NCBI GenBank assembly: GCA_964558795.1
Contig: CAZLFJ010000002.1
Coordinates: forward strand, 1-48,958
Length of the DNA: 48,958 bases
Direction of reading: 5' to 3'
DNA from: Candidatus Woesearchaeota archaeon
Lineage (GTDB): Archaea > Nanobdellota > Nanobdellia > Pacearchaeales > GW2011-AR1
Both the position numbers and the translations under genes were made by a program. Below, piece after piece: positions 44,734 through 48,958 of the stretch. Within the stretch, counting starts at the first letter, position 1; every line of letters begins with the position of its first letter. The notes under the pieces were generated by a model. It searched no databases. It saw nothing but the letters and a program-made list of their open reading frames with translations, and was not told where the DNA came from.

Positions 44734-45099
44734 TTACAAATAAACAATTCCTTCTTTAGTTAGAGCAGTAAATCTAACTCCAACTGGAACGGAAAGTAGT
44801 GCCGAGATAAGTGCCATATGTTCTTTTCCATCTCCCGATGCAATCGACAACACCACCTCAGAATTAAAATCATTATCTAGTCTTGGTTTCAATTTTTCAA
44901 GCATCTCTTTTTTCAATAATACCAAGGGTTTGCCCAAGTCTACTTCAATAATTTCATATTCTGCACCTTCGACATTGAAATTTTTAGCGAATGCTCCTCC
45001 AATCAAGATTATTTTATCCCATTTAGCTCTCTTGATAAGACCTGCTACCTGTCCCCAGGTTCCCTCTCCTTTTGATAATAATGCTACTAGTTGTGCCAT
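44734..45099 (-). CDS. small Rossmann-like hypothetical protein
   Basis: 121 aa. Alternating beta/alpha pattern with VVLSIASGDGKEHMALISALL, which loosely resembles the xxTGGTKxM motif of CARF/DUF1887-type ligand-binding domains. This is a weak resemblance. Confidence 0.5.
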   Translation of the reverse strand: MAQLVALLSKGEGTWGQVAGLIKRAKWDKIILIGGAFAKNFNVEGAEYEIIEVDLGKPLVLLKKEMLEKLKPRLDNDFNSEVVLSIASGDGKEHMALISALLSVPVGVRFTALTKEGIVYL

Positions 45100-45238
45100 A
45101 TCTTCTAAGAATCTCTGGCCTTTTTAAGTATTTATATCCTAAACATTTTCAATCTTTAGTCAAACATTAACTTTAAAAACCCCTCAAATTATAACAAGTT
45201 ATCAAAGACCACCGCGTCCTGGACGTTAGGAACTCATA

Positions 45239-46069
45239 ATGGGTGTGGAAGATACCTCAAGGGTTACTTCTAGGTCGACATTAAGAAAAATGGAAGCAAA
45301 AACAAAAAAAACTCCGACGAAGAAAGTTGCTGTAAAAAAATCAGTAGCAAAAGAGAAAGTAGATAAAGTTAAGGTAGTAAAACAAGAAGAAAAGATAGTC
45401 AATGAAGGATCCAATTCTGAAGAAATTGTAGAATCTTCTCATGCTCCTGTGACAATTGAAGAAGCAATAGTTTCTCTGAGAAAATTTGAAAAAAGAAAAT
45501 TTGTTCAAACTGTTGATCTTATTATCAATCTTCAAAAGTTTGATAGTAGAAAAGAATCGATCAATTCTTTTGTTCAGGTTCCTCATACTTATGAACGAGA
45601 TATTGCGGCTTTCCTAACTACAAAGGTTAAGGGAATTGAGGTTATTTTAAAAGATAATTTTGAAAACTATAAGAATTTAAGGGATGCGAAGAGATTGGCA
45701 AAGAAATATGATATGTTTATCGCAGCAGCACCCCTGATGGGTCAAGTGGCTACTAAATTTGGTAGAGCCTTAGGTCCTTCTGGAAAAATGCCTTCACCAC
45801 AATTAGGAATCGTTGTGAAAGAAGATGAAGAAACCATAAAGAAACTTGTTGAAAAAATGAAAAAATCCATCAAGGTAAGAACTAAAGAAAGAGTTATAAA
45901 AATTGGTATTGGAAAAGAAACAATGCCCGACAACGACTTAAAAGAGAATATTATAGCAGCAATAAGGGGCGCAACAGATTTGCTTCCTCAAAAGAAAGAT
46001 AATGTAAGAAATGTTTTAATTAAATTTACTATGACTCCTGCAGTCAAAATAAATTATGAAAACCAGTAA
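45239..46069 (+). CDS. rpl1: 50S ribosomal protein L1 (uL1), open frame includes a ~70-codon Lys/Glu-rich N-terminal extension
   Basis: The core FVQTVDLIINLQKFD...AAAPLMGQVATKFGRALGPSGKMPSP matches uL1. Alternative starts are the ATG at 45290 and the in-frame GTG at 45449. The GTG would give a canonical ~206-aa L1. Confidence 0.85.
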   Translation: MGVEDTSRVTSRSTLRKMEAKTKKTPTKKVAVKKSVAKEKVDKVKVVKQEEKIVNEGSNSEEIVESSHAPVTIEEAIVSLRKFEKRKFVQTVDLIINLQKFDSRKESINSFVQVPHTYERDIAAFLTTKVKGIEVILKDNFENYKNLRDAKRLAKKYDMFIAAAPLMGQVATKFGRALGPSGKMPSPQLGIVVKEDEETIKKLVEKMKKSIKVRTKERVIKIGIGKETMPDNDLKENIIAAIRGATDLLPQKKDNVRNVLIKFTMTPAVKINYENQ

Positions 46070-46847
46070 TGCTCACGTTTCTGAAAAAAAGAAACAAGTG
46101 GTCAAAGATATTGCGTCACTTTTAAGCAAGAAAACAATTTTAATTTGTTCGATTAAGAACTTAAAATCTGCACAATTCCAGGACATAAAAAAGAAATTAA
46201 GGTCCAAGGGCGTAGTAAAAGTGGCAAAAAAAAGTTTAATTGATTTTGCACTAGAGCATGCTAAAAATGAGGAATTTAAAGCACTTGTACCCCATATAAC
46301 TTCAGATTATGCGTTAATCTTTTCAGATGAAGATGCATTTATTCTTAGTGGGATATTGGCAGACAATAAAACTCCTGCAAAAGCAAGAGAGGGACAAATA
46401 GCAACAGAGGATATTTGGGTTAAAGCTGGACCAACAAGTCTTGCTCCGGGACCGGATATTTCCGCTTTAAGCGCTGTTGGACTTCAGCCAAAAGTTGAGG
46501 GTGGAAAGATTGCAATTGCTAAAGATACAAAATTCATCAAGGCAGGAGAGGCAATCAATTCTCAAAAAGTTTCTATTCTAGCAAAGCTTGAGATAACTCC
46601 CTTCGAGATTGGTCTGGAGCCCATTGCAGCATTTTCTAATGGAAAAGTTTATGTTGGAATAAAAATAGACAAAAAAGGCACACTAGAAGACTTGCTACAA
46701 AAATATTCAAAGGGTCTTGCATTTGCAGTATCACTAAACTTTGTAACCAAAGAATCTCTTCAATTTATACTTGGAAAAGCAGCATTACATGAAAATGCTC
46801 TTAATGCCTTAGTTCAATCTCCAACTAAATCTGGAGAAACACAATAA
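46056..46847 (+). CDS. rpl10: 50S ribosomal protein L10 (uL10/P0)
   Basis: Position between L1 and P1, and an N-terminal KKKQVVKDIASLL...LIDFAL pattern. It overlaps L1 by 14 nt. It lacks the usual acidic P-protein tail. Confidence 0.85.
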   Translation: MKTSNAHVSEKKKQVVKDIASLLSKKTILICSIKNLKSAQFQDIKKKLRSKGVVKVAKKSLIDFALEHAKNEEFKALVPHITSDYALIFSDEDAFILSGILADNKTPAKAREGQIATEDIWVKAGPTSLAPGPDISALSAVGLQPKVEGGKIAIAKDTKFIKAGEAINSQKVSILAKLEITPFEIGLEPIAAFSNGKVYVGIKIDKKGTLEDLLQKYSKGLAFAVSLNFVTKESLQFILGKAALHENALNALVQSPTKSGETQ

Positions 46848-46848
46848 A

Positions 46849-47133
46849 ATGGAATACATATATGCAGCACTTTTGTTGCACAAACTAGGTCAAGAAGTTT
46901 CAGAAGCTAACTTGAAGAAAGTTGTTTCTGCAACTGGCGCAACCGTAGATGAATCCAAGGTTAAAGTCCTTGTGGCTTCATTAATGGGCGTTAACATTGA
47001 CGAGCAGTTGGCTAATGCCGCTATTGCAGCAGCACCAGCAGCTTCTAGTGGAGCAGCACCTGTGGAAGAAGAGAAAAAGAAAGAAGAGCCAAAGGCTGAA
47101 GCAGCTGAAGGCTTAGCTTCATTATTCGGTTAA
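46849..47133 (+). CDS. rpl12: 50S ribosomal stalk protein P1 (L12, archaeal)
   Basis: MEYIYAALLLH..., an Ala-rich hinge and the conserved C-terminal EEEKKKEEPKAEAAEGLASLFG. Confidence 0.95.
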   Translation: MEYIYAALLLHKLGQEVSEANLKKVVSATGATVDESKVKVLVASLMGVNIDEQLANAAIAAAPAASSGAAPVEEEKKKEEPKAEAAEGLASLFG

Positions 47134-47151
47134 ACGTAGTTAGTTGTTTAA

Positions 47152-47280
47152 TTTGAACAGTGAAGTTAAGTTAGCTTTGCTGTTTAAAATCTGAGTAATA
47201 GGCTAAGTTAGCTTGACTCAGACTTTGATACTATCTTTACTTTGAATGATGAAGATAGTTCGACTAGGATTCTAAATTTT
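47152..47280 (+). terminator. 3-prime UTR hairpin cluster plus oligo-T after the L1-P0-P1 operon
   Basis: - Hairpin A (47152-47188): 9-bp stem, 19-nt loop.
- Hairpin B (47190-47222): 7-bp stem, 19-nt loop.
- Both loops contain TAAGTTAGCTT.
- Hairpin C (47230-47259): CTATCTT/AAGATAG stem.
- A T5 tract follows at 47276-47280. Confidence 0.5.
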
Positions 47281-47326
47281 TCTGATAAAAAGAAACCTAT
47301 TTAAGGTAAGTTTATTCATATATACC

Positions 47327-47536
47327 ATTAGAAAATCAACAAAATACCTAATAATCCTATTCTCTATAATTGCAATTGTAGCTATCTGGGGATTAATTGG
47401 AAGCTCTCAGGCTACAAATATTGGAGTTACTTGTGATTTGGGTTTTGGTGATGATGGTAGTTTGCTCTGTTGGAAATGGCATAAGAACACTATTGGTCAA
47501 ATTGGGGATGCTCTCGGCGATTTACTAAACAAGTGA
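47327..47536 (+). CDS. candidate small secreted Cys-containing peptide; no canonical start codon
   Basis: The open frame reads ...IRKSTKYLIILFSIIAIVAIWGLIGSSQA/TNIGVTCDLGFGDDGSLLCWKWHKNTIGQIGDALGDLLNK*. It has a textbook signal-peptide n/h/c architecture. A TATTTAAG box at 47298-47305 lies ~25 nt upstream of the ATT at 47327. There is no in-frame ATG, GTG or TTG before the hydrophobic core. Confidence 0.3.
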   Translation: MRKSTKYLIILFSIIAIVAIWGLIGSSQATNIGVTCDLGFGDDGSLLCWKWHKNTIGQIGDALGDLLNK

Positions 47537-47621
47537 AATTCCAAAATTAAAAACTAAGAATTTTAAGGTAAAATAAAATTGAAATCGCTTACTTCAAAAA
47601 TGTAAAAAATCTTCAATCTTT

Positions 47622-48200
47622 TTAAGATTTAATTCTTGCCTTCAATATCTTCACTTCTTCTAAAGGCTTATCTTGAGAATTTGTTGCAACTTTTGCAATC
47701 TTATCTATCACATCCATACCTTTTATTACCTCTCCAAAAACTGGATGTTTTGAATCCAAGAAGTTGTTGTTTACAAGATTTATAAAAAACTGACTTGACC
47801 CCGTGTTTGGTCCTGCGTTTGCCATAGATATTGTTCCCCTATTATTTTTATTTCCACCAACATGGGTAAACTCGTCTCTTATCCTTGGAATCTTTAGATC
47901 TCCATAACCTGTGCCCGTAGGATCTCCTCCTTGAATCATAAAACCTTCTATTACTCGGTGGAATATTACTCCATTGTAAACTCCCGTTTCTACTAAATTT
48001 TTAAAATTGCCTGCAGTGATTGGCATGTCATCATATAGTTTAATTTCTACTTCTCCAAGATTTGTTTCTAGTACTACAATAGTTTCTTTTTCCATATTTG
48101 CAACATAAAAGACAAGACTAATTAAAGCTATCGCTAAGACAAGACCAATTAAAATATAAATTTTCCAATCACTTCTTTGTTTCTCTTTTTGAATTCTCAT
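47622..48200 (-). CDS. cyclophilin-type peptidyl-prolyl isomerase with an N-terminal membrane anchor
   Basis: FHRVIEGFMIQGGDPTGTG, SMANAGPNTGSSQFFI and an N-terminal TM helix (WKIYILIGLVLAIALISLVF). Confidence 0.9.
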   Translation of the reverse strand: MRIQKEKQRSDWKIYILIGLVLAIALISLVFYVANMEKETIVVLETNLGEVEIKLYDDMPITAGNFKNLVETGVYNGVIFHRVIEGFMIQGGDPTGTGYGDLKIPRIRDEFTHVGGNKNNRGTISMANAGPNTGSSQFFINLVNNNFLDSKHPVFGEVIKGMDVIDKIAKVATNSQDKPLEEVKILKARIKS

Positions 48201-48804
48201 TTTTATTTTTATCTAGATATCTCCTTGCAAAAATTGGGCCGATAAGAGCACCCAATAAATTGAATACCAAGTCCAATGCAGTATTGTAATAGTCTCCAAC
48301 AGTCTCTGCAGCCCCTGCGAAAATAACTAAACCAAACTCTATTACCTCATTTAATAAACCTATTCCGAGTGCTGAAAGAATCGAGAAGATAATGATTGCA
48401 TTTCCCTTGCCGGATATATATTTTTTTAGTGTGAAATATGTTAGCATAGAGATTACAAAATAACAATATAGGTGAATGGCTTGATCGTATCTAAGTATAA
48501 AGAATGGATCGCCAATCAAATCCCACAAGATTAGGTCGTAAAGTCTCGTGCTTCCGAATTTTATTAGTCCTCCAGCCATATGCAATATAGACCAAATAGC
48601 AAAAAGGACCAGACAAATTTTGGGGAATTTAAATTTCTCTCCAAATTTTATTACAAAGATAAAAAGAAGAACCAAGACGACCCAGTAACTAATAAACTCG
48701 TAATTCTTTGAAGAAATTGCTAAAAAAAGGAATGCTGTTAGAATCAACAGAGTTATACTTATCAAATATTTTATATCTCTATCCATAAAGGGCATTATCC
48801 TCAC
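48169..48804 (-). CDS. polytopic membrane protein, paralog of 23210-23836 (possibly DUF2238/YjdF-like)
   Basis: See the shared motifs listed for 23210-23836. Confidence 0.6.
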   Translation of the reverse strand: MRIMPFMDRDIKYLISITLLILTAFLFLAISSKNYEFISYWVVLVLLFIFVIKFGEKFKFPKICLVLFAIWSILHMAGGLIKFGSTRLYDLILWDLIGDPFFILRYDQAIHLYCYFVISMLTYFTLKKYISGKGNAIIIFSILSALGIGLLNEVIEFGLVIFAGAAETVGDYYNTALDLVFNLLGALIGPIFARRYLDKNKNENSKRETKK

Positions 48805-48857
48805 TAGTTTTTAAATCTTGGGGAAATTTCCCCATTTAATGTCCTGGTTCGACTAGA

Positions 48858-48865
48858 TTTAAAAA
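48858..48865 (+). promoter_or_regulatory. TATA box for tRNA-Ser
   Basis: TTTAAAAA is centred ~28 nt upstream of the tRNA 5-prime end. Confidence 0.5.
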
Positions 48866-48888
48866 CCTACTTTAATAGAAGGATTTAT

Positions 48889-48958
48889 GCCCACTTCGCA
48901 TAATGGTATTGCACTGGACTTGAAATCCAGGCCCTTCGGGGCTCCCCAGTTCGATTCT
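48889..48958 (+). tRNA. tRNA-Ser (UGA), type II, truncated at the window edge
   Basis: GCCCACT acceptor, anticodon stem CTGGA/TCCAG with loop CTTGAAA, long variable arm GCCC-TTCG-GGGC, and a T arm starting CCCAG-TTCGATT-CT. The 3-prime strand lies beyond the window. Confidence 0.8.

Noticed and set aside
47245-47285. Possible C/D-box sRNA (AUGAUGA at 47245-47251 and CUGA at 47282-47285).
   Set aside because: The boxes are only ~30 nt apart, and there are no internal D-prime/C-prime boxes or terminal stem. The AUGAUGA sits in the loop of hairpin C. This is most likely coincidental in AT-rich sequence.

Overview
The window is a very AT-rich archaeal chromosome segment. It is gene-dense, has short intergenic regions, and TATA-like boxes sit about 25 nt upstream of most start codons, so transcripts are mostly leaderless. 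The gene content fits a reduced, DPANN-like archaeon, but that assignment is an inference.

Most of the window is core information-processing genes:
- An r-protein and RNA polymerase cluster on the minus strand: S9, L13, L18e, RpoD, S11, S4, S13, a DUF655 protein, RpoF and L21e.
- RpoN, the RNase P protein Rpp21, RadB, SecE, FtsZ, aIF5A, L40e, Taw1, CysS and an L1-P0-P1 operon.

Stable RNA genes readable directly in the sequence:
- the 3-prime end of 23S rRNA at the left edge
- an unlinked 5S rRNA (minus strand, about 19.25 kb)
- an RNase P RNA (about 21353-21745; the ORF called inside it is spurious)
- tRNA-Leu, tRNA-Phe and a truncated tRNA-Ser at the right edge

Accessory content:
- A more G+C-rich island (about 2.2-6.5 kb) carries a Xer-type tyrosine recombinase, an orphan 348-aa protein, a serine-recombinase-like protein lacking its catalytic domain, and a nucleotidyltransferase plus kinase-fold gene pair. 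Both genes of that pair are driven by a duplicated promoter/operator module.
- A MacB-type ABC transporter with a secreted COG1361-like partner.
- An envelope glycosylation cluster (two GT4 enzymes, DedA, an LtaS/sulfatase-like protein).
- A pilin-like gene.
- Several tandem paralogs, some disrupted.

The most unusual signals are in non-coding sequence:
- The 3-prime end of RNase P RNA plus two downstream hairpins is repeated in tandem with compensatory base changes.
- The tRNA-Leu 3-prime end is also duplicated.
- Both loci carry copies of the same ~44-nt hairpin repeat.

Several reading frames continue in frame through stop codons or are frameshifted, which suggests ongoing gene decay. No CRISPR array and no recognisable complete defence system were seen. 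Functional proposals for the island are inference. All RNA ends and repeat coordinates were read by eye and are approximate.
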